A DNA stretch of 32,000 nt, from contig NC_007969.1 in NCBI RefSeq assembly GCF_000013905.1, forward strand, positions 1,560,001-1,592,000. Reading direction: 5' to 3'. Each line of letters starts with the position of its first letter. Position 1 is the first letter of the stretch. This DNA is from Psychrobacter cryohalolentis K5 (GTDB lineage: Bacteria > Pseudomonadota > Gammaproteobacteria > Pseudomonadales > Moraxellaceae). A program made the translations under genes and the position numbers. The notes under the pieces were generated by a model. That model did no database searches. It saw nothing but the letters and a program-made list of their open reading frames with translations, and had not been told where the DNA came from. Of the stretch, positions 1 through 7,634 are shown one piece after another.

Positions 1-99
1 ATTGCTAAGCCAAAAGGCAAAAAAAGTTCAAGTCCTTCTTTAAAAGAGTCAAATTAATGAGACATTGTACTACTGTCTTTTTAAAACAAGGCGATTTTT

Positions 100-1176
100 A
101 TGGTTGAACCGCAACTGAGCTGCTCATCTTCTATATCCTTAAAACCCCATATTGCAAAGCGCCCGATAATACGGGCGTTATTATGGTGTGGGTTATTGGT
201 CATTTTACTGATTGGCTGCTGGCAAGGGTTAACGGCATATTCAAAATTTGCCCTGTCGTTGACGGATTTATTTTCCTTATTGACGCAGCAAAATAGTCAA
301 GCGTCGCTAACTGCACAATTATTAATAGAGATTCGCCTGCCGCGCGTGCTCGTGGCGATTATAGTCGGTGCCAATTTGGCGGTGGCGGGGTTACTAATGC
401 AAGTGATGACCCGTAACTCACTGGCATCTCCTGCGGTATTGGGTATCAATGCAGGGGCAGCGTGCGTGGTTGCTTTATCTTCTATTGGTTTAGGATTTAC
501 CTTTTTAACCTCTACCTTTTTGCAAGCAATGGTTGGGGCAGTGCTCTCTTGTGCCCTCGTTGCAGGATTGGCGGGTTATTTTTCTGGGCGTCCGGTGCAT
601 CCTGTTCGTCTAATCTTATCGGGCGTTGCTATCAATGCGCTGCTGGTCGGCATGACACGAGCGGCGCTGATTACTACGGATGAGCAAGCTTATGGGGTAC
701 TGTATTGGCTAGCTGGCTCTATTGCCAATACGCGCTGGGAGTCCATTCCCATGCTAGCGGCTATATCGCTGCTGACCTTGGGTTATGGCTGGTGGCTATC
801 ACCTAAATTAAATGTCTTGGTGCTGGGCGATGATGTGGCAAGTAGCCTTGGGGTGAACCTGCGGGCATTACAGTGGTCATGTGGGGCATTGATTACGATA
901 TTGACGGCGATCAGTGTGGCGGTCGCCGGTCCTGTTGCCTTTGTCGGTTTGATTATCCCCCATGTTGCCAAGCGCCTGTTAAAGCAGGTATCGAATATGG
1001 CTTATGAGCAGATTTTGCCATTGTCTATGCTGCTTGGCAGTATATTGATGGTGTGGGCGGATGTCTTGTCACGGGCGGTTGCGTATCCAGCAGAGACACC
1101 AGTGGGCTTGCTAACGGCACTTATTGGGACACCTGTTTTTATTGCGCTGGCGTGTAGAAGACGACTCGATAGCTGA
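100..1176 (+). CDS. FecCD-family iron-siderophore/cobalamin-type ABC transporter permease (FepD/FecC-like)
   Basis: The 358-aa ORF is polytopic and hydrophobic. It carries family-typical blocks: EIRLPRVLVAIIVGANLAVAGLLMQVMTRNSLASPAVLGINAGA, and the C-terminal ETPVGLLTALIGTPVFIALACRR. It is followed by a second paralogous permease and an ATPase. Confidence 0.9.
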   Translation: MVEPQLSCSSSISLKPHIAKRPIIRALLWCGLLVILLIGCWQGLTAYSKFALSLTDLFSLLTQQNSQASLTAQLLIEIRLPRVLVAIIVGANLAVAGLLMQVMTRNSLASPAVLGINAGAACVVALSSIGLGFTFLTSTFLQAMVGAVLSCALVAGLAGYFSGRPVHPVRLILSGVAINALLVGMTRAALITTDEQAYGVLYWLAGSIANTRWESIPMLAAISLLTLGYGWWLSPKLNVLVLGDDVASSLGVNLRALQWSCGALITILTAISVAVAGPVAFVGLIIPHVAKRLLKQVSNMAYEQILPLSMLLGSILMVWADVLSRAVAYPAETPVGLLTALIGTPVFIALACRRRLDS

Positions 1177-1296
1177 TCGATAGCTAATACAAGCAAGTTT
1201 GAAATACTTTATAAATGACTGTCGAATATAAGTGACTGTTCAATGTGAAAGTCGGTTATATATGTTTTTATGGCTTATCAAGACCGCTAAGTTTGT

Positions 1297-2385
1297 ATGC
1301 ATGTTAATCAAAGGCGACTCAAAATCCTATCCAGCAACAAAAGTAAGCAACGAATGACGATACAAACTAAAGCTTCTTCATCGCGCTCAAACTCACTATT
1401 TGCTCGTAAATCGGCAAGTAGGGCGGTGGTACTGATTATTCTGATGCTATTCATCCTTAGTGTGAGCAGCATCTTTTTTGGTGCCAGTGAATTAACGCTA
1501 GCGCAAATCTGGCAGCATTTACAGCAAGGATTTGGCGGCGACAAAGACTTTATTGTGTGGCAGCACCGATTGCCGCGCACGCTATTATCAATTTTAGTGG
1601 GGGCAAGCCTTGGTCTATCAGGATCATTAGTACAAGGGGTCATTCGTAACCCGTTAGCATCTCCTGACTTGATGGGTATCAGTGCTGGCGCAGGGTTTTG
1701 CGCGACTTTGTTGCTGGTTATGCTTCCTGCGGCACCAACGTGGTGGCTATCTGTCGCAGCTTTACTTGGCGGATTATTGGCGTTTAGTTCTATCATGCTG
1801 TTGGCACAGATATCACAGCCTACGCCAGCACGTTTGGCATTGATTGGCGTTGCCATTAGTGCTTTTTTAGCCAGTGGGATTAATTTTCTATTGGTGATTT
1901 ATCCTGTAGAAATCAATACCGCAATGATTTGGTTAACTGGTAGCTTGTGGGGTCGCAGCTGGCAACATATTCCAATGTTAACGATAATATTTGCCGTATT
2001 AATGGTCATCAGTATGTATTTAGCATGGCGTTTAGATGTATTGGGACTTGGCGAGGAAACGGCATATCATCTTGGTGTGTCAGTCAAGCCATTAGAATTT
2101 ACTACATTATTTATCGCAGTGGTGATTGCGAGTTTGGCGGTGTCGGTGGCAGGGACAGTCAGTTTTATTGGTTTACTCGCGCCGCATATCGCACGATTGC
2201 TCTTTGGGCATCAGCACCGCATCTTGTTGCCAGCGTCAGCGCTGATAGGCGCGATCATTTTAGTCACCGCAGATGTATTGGCACGCAGTCTATTTGCGCC
2301 AATTGAGCTACCAGCTGGCGTCTTAACCTCAGTGATCGGTGCGCCTTATTTTATCTTTTTGCTATCGCGCTATAAGGGGTGGTGA
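1297..2385 (+). CDS. Second FecCD-family ABC transporter permease (FepG/FecD-like); start uncertain (ATG 1297 or ATG 1354)
   Basis: Family-typical blocks are WQHRLPRTLLSILVGASLGLSGSLVQGVIRNPLASPDLMGISAGAG and ELPAGVLTSVIGAPYFIFLL. The stop TGA at 2383-2385 overlaps the ATG of the next gene (TGATG), indicating translational coupling. Neither candidate start has a clear Shine-Dalgarno sequence. Confidence 0.88.
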   Translation: MHVNQRRLKILSSNKSKQRMTIQTKASSSRSNSLFARKSASRAVVLIILMLFILSVSSIFFGASELTLAQIWQHLQQGFGGDKDFIVWQHRLPRTLLSILVGASLGLSGSLVQGVIRNPLASPDLMGISAGAGFCATLLLVMLPAAPTWWLSVAALLGGLLAFSSIMLLAQISQPTPARLALIGVAISAFLASGINFLLVIYPVEINTAMIWLTGSLWGRSWQHIPMLTIIFAVLMVISMYLAWRLDVLGLGEETAYHLGVSVKPLEFTTLFIAVVIASLAVSVAGTVSFIGLLAPHIARLLFGHQHRILLPASALIGAIILVTADVLARSLFAPIELPAGVLTSVIGAPYFIFLLSRYKGW

Positions 2386-3152
2386 TGCTATCAGTGAATG
2401 AACTACAGCTTGGCTATCATGGCGGACAGACAGTTATCAAAAACTTGTCCCTTGAGTTGCCAGAAAATAAAGTCATTGGACTCATTGGTCCAAATGGTTG
2501 CGGAAAATCTACGCTATTAAAAGGCTTGTGCCGGCTGATTCAACCTCAATCGGGCAGAATCTTACTTAGACAACAAGATATGGCGCAATTGAATAATCGG
2601 CAGATTGCTCGTCAGATATCGGTATTGCCACAAGTACAGACCAATCCTGAAGGCTTGACTGTCAGACAGTTGGTTGAGTATGGCAGAACGCCCTATGTCT
2701 CACATTGGGGTAAGTTGAGCGCGACAGACAACCAGATAGTAGATAGCGTTATAAATGAGATGTCTATTCAATCTCTAGCTGAGACATCACTTGAAGCCTT
2801 ATCTGGCGGTCAACAGCAGCGCGCTTGGCTCGCGATGGTTTTAGCGCAGGATACGGATATTATCATGCTGGATGAACCAACTACCTATCTAGATATCTCT
2901 TACCAAATAGAGCTGATGCGACTCATACGAGAATTAAAAGACAACGGCAAAAGCATTATAGTTGTGCTCCATGACCTCAACCAAGCAGCGAGATATTGTG
3001 ATTTATTGGTGGTGCTAAAGTCGGGCGAACTGCAAATAATGGGCACCCCTTGTGAGGTGGTGACGGAGGGAATGCTTGCTGATATATTTGACGTGCAAGC
3101 CAAAGTGATTACAGACCCTGTAGCAGGTTCACCCATGTGTGTGTATTTATAG
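2385..3152 (+). CDS. ABC transporter ATP-binding protein (FepC/FecE-like)
   Basis: It has Walker A GPNGCGKST, a Q-loop, the ABC signature LSGGQQQR and Walker B IIMLDEPTTYLD, followed by an H-loop (VLHDL). AAGGGG at 2374-2379 lies 5 nt upstream of ATG 2385. The ORF track starts at GTG 2379, which is also possible. Confidence 0.92.
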   Translation: MLSVNELQLGYHGGQTVIKNLSLELPENKVIGLIGPNGCGKSTLLKGLCRLIQPQSGRILLRQQDMAQLNNRQIARQISVLPQVQTNPEGLTVRQLVEYGRTPYVSHWGKLSATDNQIVDSVINEMSIQSLAETSLEALSGGQQQRAWLAMVLAQDTDIIMLDEPTTYLDISYQIELMRLIRELKDNGKSIIVVLHDLNQAARYCDLLVVLKSGELQIMGTPCEVVTEGMLADIFDVQAKVITDPVAGSPMCVYL

Positions 3153-3380
3153 CATGCCTACGCCGCTATCTTTTATCAGCTGAGCACCAGTACATTTACA
3201 GCTGGCAGCAGGACTTAGAGCCTAAAACAACCAGACACAAAGCACCGACTAAAATGCCTAATGAAGCCTTACTAAAAAGATGTCGAGCAGTATCCTGACG
3301 ATTGTATGTATGAGCGTGCAAATCGTTTAGGTTGTAGTTAACTATAGTTCTTGCTTATTTCACATACACAAATTGATCAT

Positions 3381-3421
3381 TAAAAATTCTGATAAACGGA
3401 CAGCAATATTGTTTATCAGAA
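3381..3421 (-). terminator. Rho-independent terminator of the FAD-oxidoreductase gene
   Basis: A perfect 11-bp inverted repeat, ttctgataaac (3387-3397) and gtttatcagaa (3411-3421), encloses a 13-nt loop. Read on the minus strand, the stem is followed by TTTTTA. Confidence 0.6.
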
Positions 3422-3463
3422 TGAGTATAATGTTTGACTGAAAATTAACCTGCTTTAATAATT

Positions 3464-3522
3464 GCCTAAAGCCTAAAGCCTAAAGCCTAAAGCCTAAAGC
3501 CTAAAGCCTAAAGCCTAAAGCC
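3464..3522. repeat. Perfect heptanucleotide tandem repeat (GCCTAAA)x8 plus a partial GCC
   Basis: Read directly: eight uninterrupted copies span 3464-3519, followed by GCC. The array lies between the stop codon of the minus-strand gene (3527-3529) and its terminator (3381-3421), so it is in that gene's 3' UTR. Confidence 0.97.
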
Positions 3523-3526
3523 GCTC

Positions 3527-5143
3527 TTACTCTATCTTCAACATCGATTTCGCCACAGCTTCGGCCACTTTAATGCCATCAATCCCTGCTGATAATATGC
3601 CACCTGCGTAACCAGCGCCTTCGCCAGCTGGGAATAAACCTTTGGTATTAATACTTTGAAATTCTTTATTGCGTTTAATACTTATTGGTGACGATGTTCT
3701 GGTTTCTACGCCAGTTAGTAGACCGTCGTCAGATGAAAATCCTTGGATTTTTTTATTAAACGCTGGAATGGCTTCACGTATGGCATCCACGGCAAAATCA
3801 GGTAATGCTTTGCTTAAGTCAGTTAAGGTAATGCCCGGTGTGTAAGACGGGTTGACATCACCTAACTCTGAATTTGGTTTACCTTTTAAGAAATCGCCAA
3901 TGGTTTGCGCTGGTGCATTGTAGTTTTTGCCGCCTAATTCAAACGCTAAGGTTTCTAGTTGTCTTTGTAATTCGATACCAGCAAGAGGGTGGTTTGGGTA
4001 ATCTCGCTCTGGGTCGATGCCGACAACAATAGCACTGTTGGCGTTACGCTCGTTCCTTGAATATTGGCTCATGCCGTTAGTGACAACACGGCCTTCTTCT
4101 GATGCTGCGGCAACAACGGTTCCGCCTGGACACATGCAGAAGCTATAAACAGAACGACCATTTTTACAATGATGAACCAGTTTGTAATCCGCAGCACCAA
4201 GTATTTCGTTTCCAGCATTGTCACCAAAGCGTGCTTGGTCTATGGTTGACTGTTTATGTTCAATCCTAAAGCCAATTGAAAAAGGTTTTGCTTCAACATA
4301 CACGCCTTTATCATAGATCATTTGGAAGGTATCACGGGCGCTATGACCAACAGCAAGAACAACATGGTTAGTTTTTAAGGTTTCGCCACTATTAAGTGTC
4401 ACGCCAGTTACTTTTGAGTCAGTTATATGTAAGTCGTCTACGCGAGTAGCAAAACGAATTTCGCCACCAAGTTCTATAATCTCGGCACGCATTTTTTCTA
4501 CCATGGTGACTAATTTATAAGTACCTATGTGCGGTTTACTGACAAATAAAATCTCCTCTGGTGCGCCAGCTTTTACAAATTCAGTCATGACTTTACGGCC
4601 ATAATGATTGGGATCTTTCACTTGGCTATATAATTTTCCATCGGAAAAGGTACCGGCGCCGCCTTCACCGAATTGTACGTTTGATTCTGTGTTTAATTTG
4701 CGCTGACGCCAAAAGCCAAAGGTGTCTTTGGTGCGTTGTCTGACTTCATTACCACGTTCAATGATAATAGGTTTAAAACCCATTTGGGCAAGGGTTAGTG
4801 CTGCTAATAAACCGCAAGGTCCAAAACCAATAACAACAGGACGCTCAGTTAAATCTTTTGGCGCTGCACCTACATATTTATAACTGGTATCTGGTGTTGC
4901 TTTAACATGGTTGTCTGACTCAAATCGAACCAATAAATCATTGGTTAAATTCGAGTCGGCCAGTGTGATGTCTAGCGTATAAATTAATTGGATATTTCTT
5001 TTATTACGAGCATCATAACCACGTTTAAACATCACAAATGACGCCATTTGCTCAGCAGAAATTTTAAGTTTTGTCGTTATAGCAGTCGTTAAATCTTCAG
5101 GTGCATGATTTAATGGCAATTTAATTTCAGTTAAACGTATCAT
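3527..5143 (-). CDS. NAD(P)/FAD-dependent oxidoreductase (COG2509-type uncharacterised FAD-dependent dehydrogenase)
   Basis: The 538-aa ORF has a Rossmann dinucleotide motif, VVIGFGPCGLLAALTLAQMG...IIERG. It also has GGAGTFSDGKL and a C-terminal GLFPAGEGAGYAGGILSAGIDG block typical of this family. Confidence 0.85.
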   Translation of the reverse strand: MIRLTEIKLPLNHAPEDLTTAITTKLKISAEQMASFVMFKRGYDARNKRNIQLIYTLDITLADSNLTNDLLVRFESDNHVKATPDTSYKYVGAAPKDLTERPVVIGFGPCGLLAALTLAQMGFKPIIIERGNEVRQRTKDTFGFWRQRKLNTESNVQFGEGGAGTFSDGKLYSQVKDPNHYGRKVMTEFVKAGAPEEILFVSKPHIGTYKLVTMVEKMRAEIIELGGEIRFATRVDDLHITDSKVTGVTLNSGETLKTNHVVLAVGHSARDTFQMIYDKGVYVEAKPFSIGFRIEHKQSTIDQARFGDNAGNEILGAADYKLVHHCKNGRSVYSFCMCPGGTVVAAASEEGRVVTNGMSQYSRNERNANSAIVVGIDPERDYPNHPLAGIELQRQLETLAFELGGKNYNAPAQTIGDFLKGKPNSELGDVNPSYTPGITLTDLSKALPDFAVDAIREAIPAFNKKIQGFSSDDGLLTGVETRTSSPISIKRNKEFQSINTKGLFPAGEGAGYAGGILSAGIDGIKVAEAVAKSMLKIE

Positions 5144-5286
5144 TGGTTACTCATAAACTCGTGTAAAAAACAGTCTCGCATTTTACTGGTACTGATACAA
5201 ATAAGCGAATAAATATTTTACTTACGCAGGGTAAATTTACGGATTTGTATTGTAGTTTGAAAATGATCCGCCATCTTGAATTATAA

Positions 5287-5490
5287 ATGATAATTTTTAT
5301 CGCGTTCATCATTGGTGATAACTGCATTAAATGCAAATACACGGACTGTGTTGCAGTATGTCTCGTGGATGCATTTTTTGAAGGTCTTAACTTTTTAGCG
5401 ATAGATCCTAATAGTTGCATAGATTGCAGCTTGTGTGATCCTGAATGCTCAGCCAATGCTATTACACCAGTATCGAAACCAAGATTTTAG
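5287..5490 (+). pseudogene. Short fdxA-like (7Fe Azotobacter-type) ferredoxin ORF, probably a truncated or decaying copy
   Basis: [50 protein letters not shown] aligns with the canonical [50 protein letters not shown]. The ORF is only 67 aa, against about 107 aa for the family. It has an odd N-terminus (MIIFIAF) and no Shine-Dalgarno sequence. The three conserved prolines are replaced by L, L and S. Confidence 0.5.
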
Positions 5491-5604
5491 AAAAGACCTA
5501 TCGAAAAGCCATCTGCTAAAATAAATATCCATTCAGACGTTATATAAGATATAGATTTTTGCCATCACCATGGCGTGTAACTTTGTTGGATCTTAAGTAT
5601 TTTT

Positions 5605-5687
5605 CGGTATCGATGAATACCGTCTATGATACCGTTATTTTCACCGTGTACAAGTGGTAGATACCGTTATTAATCGGTGACTACCGT
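5605..5687. repeat. Array of ACCGT-core motifs with regular spacing
   Basis: Direct ACCGT copies occur at 5619, 5631, 5643, 5663 and 5683, with spacings of 12, 12, 20 and 20 bp. The exact 12-mer gataccgttatt occurs twice (5628-5639 and 5660-5671). Inverted half-copies are cggtat (5605-5610) and cggtga (5675-5680). Confidence 0.8.
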
Positions 5688-5692
5688 ATATT

Positions 5693-5734
5693 AAAAAACA
5701 AAAAACCCTTGCAGCGCTTGGCTTACAAGGGTTT
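5693..5734 (-). terminator. Rho-independent terminator downstream of tRNA-Arg
   Basis: An 8-bp stem, aacccttg (5705-5712) and caagggtt (5727-5734), is followed on the minus strand by TTTTTTGTTTTTT. Confidence 0.65.
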
Positions 5735-5758
5735 ATCGTGTCATATCGTTATGTTTGT

Positions 5759-5834
5759 TGGTGCGCCCACAGGGACTCGAACCCCGATCGATCGCTTAGG
5801 AGGCAACTGCTCTATCCTGTTGAGCTATAGGCGC
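5759..5834 (-). tRNA. tRNA-Arg (anticodon CCU)
   Basis: The reverse complement GCGCCTA-TA-GCTC-AACAGGATA-GAGC-A-GTTGC-CTCCTAA-GCGAT-CGAT-CGGGG-TTCGAGT-CCCTG-TGGGCGC-A-CCA folds by hand into a 76-nt cloverleaf. It has a GTTCGAGT T-loop, an encoded CCA and anticodon CCT. The anticodon stem needs two G-U pairs. Confidence 0.85.
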
Positions 5835-5847
5835 ATAATAGAGTGCT

Positions 5848-5876
5848 ATTGTAGAAAAAAGCACTTATAAAATCAA
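5848..5876 (-). promoter_or_regulatory. Candidate sigma70 promoter for tRNA-Arg
   Basis: On the minus strand, TTGATT (5876-5871) is followed by a 17-nt spacer and TACAAT (5853-5848). The promoter ends 13 nt upstream of the mature tRNA 5' end. Confidence 0.45.
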
Positions 5877-5906
5877 TTAATACCGAGTAAGTAGAGGGTT
5901 TTGTAT

Positions 5907-6716
5907 TTATTTAGCAATACTGATAGCGTCAGCGACATCTACTGTCAACTCGCCTGTTGCTTTTTTGCCTTGCGTATTTGACTTAAACAGGTTTGCCATA
6001 TCATTTTGATAGCCATCGATATTTTCATAATCGTGTCTACTTAATATATCTTGCCCTGTACTTGAGAGTAAAAAGTTTCGAAAGTTAAGTGCAATAGGAT
6101 TTTGAGTTAAGATGACACCGTCTACTTTTTTCTTGTCTTTTAAGGCATAACTAAACGATACAAGACTTCGAGTGTTTGTATTATCAGCTTCACCTTTAGC
6201 AGCGATTTCATCAGCATTACTATCTGCATCAATAGTATCTTCTACCATGCCATTTTTTGCCTTGCTCTGGTTTTGTTTATCTTGTGCTATTTTTAATTTT
6301 TCTTGTAATGGTGCTAAGCGCGCTGCCGATAAATTGCCATCAGCAATAATGATATCGGTATCAACAATAAATAAAGACGGCTCATCATCGGCTACTTTAT
6401 TATCCGATAGTGTCAAAAGTGCAACAGAGGCGACATAACTTGTCATGATTTCTACATTGGGATAACGAGATTGAAAACTTGAAATCACAGCGTCTAAAGG
6501 CGTTTGTAGTTTTTCTTCTGCTTGTATGTGCAAAGTGCTCTTGGCAACCGTCTCTCCATCTTCTTCCGCTGAAGCAGTTGATCCACTCTCATTTGACATA
6601 ATAGGCAATGGATCCATGTTTTTACGATTGCTGGTCCATAACCAAGTAAAGATGGCGATAAAAATAATCAGCAGCAGTAAAATGAGCCCAGCCAGTAGCA
6701 GCTTGTAGTCTTTCAT
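5907..6716 (-). CDS. Membrane-anchored protein of unknown function, possibly with a periplasmic-binding-protein-like fold and an acidic low-complexity insert
   Basis: The 269-aa ORF has an N-terminal signal anchor (LLLAGLILLLLIIFIAIFTWLW). A D/E/N/K-rich central segment follows. The flanking blocks (LHIQAEEKLQTPLDAVISSFQSRYPNVEI, VDGVILTQNPIALNFRNFLLSSTGQDIL) only vaguely resemble ModA-type binding proteins. Confidence 0.65.
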   Translation of the reverse strand: MKDYKLLLAGLILLLLIIFIAIFTWLWTSNRKNMDPLPIMSNESGSTASAEEDGETVAKSTLHIQAEEKLQTPLDAVISSFQSRYPNVEIMTSYVASVALLTLSDNKVADDEPSLFIVDTDIIIADGNLSAARLAPLQEKLKIAQDKQNQSKAKNGMVEDTIDADSNADEIAAKGEADNTNTRSLVSFSYALKDKKKVDGVILTQNPIALNFRNFLLSSTGQDILSRHDYENIDGYQNDMANLFKSNTQGKKATGELTVDVADAISIAK

Positions 6717-6753
6717 ATGGTACCGATCTTCTTATTGTTGGTTTAAATGTGGT

Positions 6754-7278
6754 TTAGAGCGGTTGATGCAGCACTTCATCTGCTAAATCCGCTAGCATAT
6801 CCGAAAAAATATCAGTTTGTTCTGGGTTTTTATGAGCAGTGGTATTATTGCTACTTGCCAGAGCAGAGAGGTAGTTTGAAGGGGAAGAGGGTTGATTGTC
6901 AATCATTTTTGTGGAGGTTTGATGCGCCGCCAATGGTGATTGTCCTGCACTTAGTTTGTCTTTAAGCCACTCAAAGCCGTGAGTTTCCCACCATGCCTCG
7001 AAGCGTGATAAGGTGCTTCCACGTACTGCCATAGGTAGATTTAGGGTCCGTAATTTTTGTGCCAAAATAGGGTCGCTTATGGCTTGATGAATACTCAGAT
7101 AGAGTCCACGACTGTCATCCTTATATGGCTGTCTATTTTGCCAAGATTGATGATCTATTTTCATGCGTGGCAATTGCCAAAGCTCACCGCGGTAGTATAC
7201 GACATATAAACGTCGTTTAGGGTGAATGAAAATGGCATCAATGGGACGCAAGGGCATAGTATTAAATTGTCTCATCAC
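6754..7278 (-). CDS. Hypothetical protein
   Basis: This is a 174-aa ORF starting at GTG 7278 or ATG 7275. It ends 37 bp upstream of the 5907..6716 gene on the same strand and is divergent from recC. I do not recognise a family. Confidence 0.6.
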   Translation of the reverse strand: MMRQFNTMPLRPIDAIFIHPKRRLYVVYYRGELWQLPRMKIDHQSWQNRQPYKDDSRGLYLSIHQAISDPILAQKLRTLNLPMAVRGSTLSRFEAWWETHGFEWLKDKLSAGQSPLAAHQTSTKMIDNQPSSPSNYLSALASSNNTTAHKNPEQTDIFSDMLADLADEVLHQPL

Positions 7279-7634
7279 TAAGAATTGAGGTAAAACGCAG
7301 CGACATCTATTGTCGCAGTGTGTTTTTATCGGTGGTTTATATGCTAGTAAACGTTGGCGAACAATGGCAAACTAATAGCCAGATTACTATTCGTCTTACA
7401 AGAGAGTCTGTAAGCGGATATACATGAGTGTTTACCAATGCAGTTTGATTTAACAGCGTCATGCTAGCAGAAATGTCATCCATTGACGACTGCTAAACAT
7501 GGATTGACAAGTATTGCCGCCTACAGCGTTGTTATTACACTCAAAATTTTACTATGAATGTTTGCGTGCTATCTCGAGCATGTATTCTTTATCAATTCCT
7601 TTATTCTCCTGCTACTTCAATCAGACGATTCTCT

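Noticed and set aside
1-57. An open frame ending at TAA 55-57 (…IAKPKGKKSSSPSLKESN*), possibly the 3' end of an upstream gene such as the siderophore-binding protein.
   Set aside because: Only 18 codons are visible, which is far too short to support a call.
58-99. A Fur box or promoter for the iron ABC operon.
   Set aside because: No match to the GATAATGATAATCATTATC-type consensus is visible. The operon promoter and its binding-protein gene probably lie upstream of the window.
1308-1856. Long antisense ORFs inside well-supported genes. Examples are 1308..1856(-), 27726..28298(-), 24439..24795(+), 23240..23575(-), 29142..29480(-) and 1947..2306(+).
   Set aside because: They overlap genes with strong family motifs, have odd composition (Cys/Arg/Ser-rich or mirror-hydrophobic) and carry no recognisable motifs. 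They are typical shadow ORFs.
3464-3522. A possible CRISPR array.
   Set aside because: The units are 7 nt long and directly abutting with no spacers, and there are no cas genes. It is a simple tandem repeat.
5151-5456. A 101-aa minus-strand ORF overlapping the fdxA-like ORF.
   Set aside because: It has no recognisable motif or ribosome-binding site and lies antisense to the ferredoxin-like frame, which shows clear homology. It probably spans the promoter region of the oxidoreductase gene.
3527-5834. A genomic island integrated at tRNA-Arg(CCU).
   Set aside because: There is no integrase, transposase or phage gene in the flank, and I found no convincing direct repeat of the tRNA 3' end. The only match is the 9-mer tggtgcgcc at 4559-4567. 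It lies inside the intact oxidoreductase CDS and is within chance expectation.
7300-7335. A hairpin gcgac-atctatt-gtcgc followed by a T-run on the + strand.
   Set aside because: The stem has only 5 bp and there is no upstream + strand gene to terminate. The hairpin lies in the divergent promoter region.
7390-7425. A LexA/SOS-box-like element upstream of recC (CTGTaagcggatatACAT).
   Set aside because: The spacing is CTGT-N10-ACAT rather than CTGT-N8-ACAG, and the distal half-site is wrong. It is not a credible SOS box.
7504-7545. A TTGACA hexamer upstream of recC as a -35 element.
   Set aside because: There is no acceptable -10 hexamer at 16-19 bp spacing, so I cannot support a promoter call.
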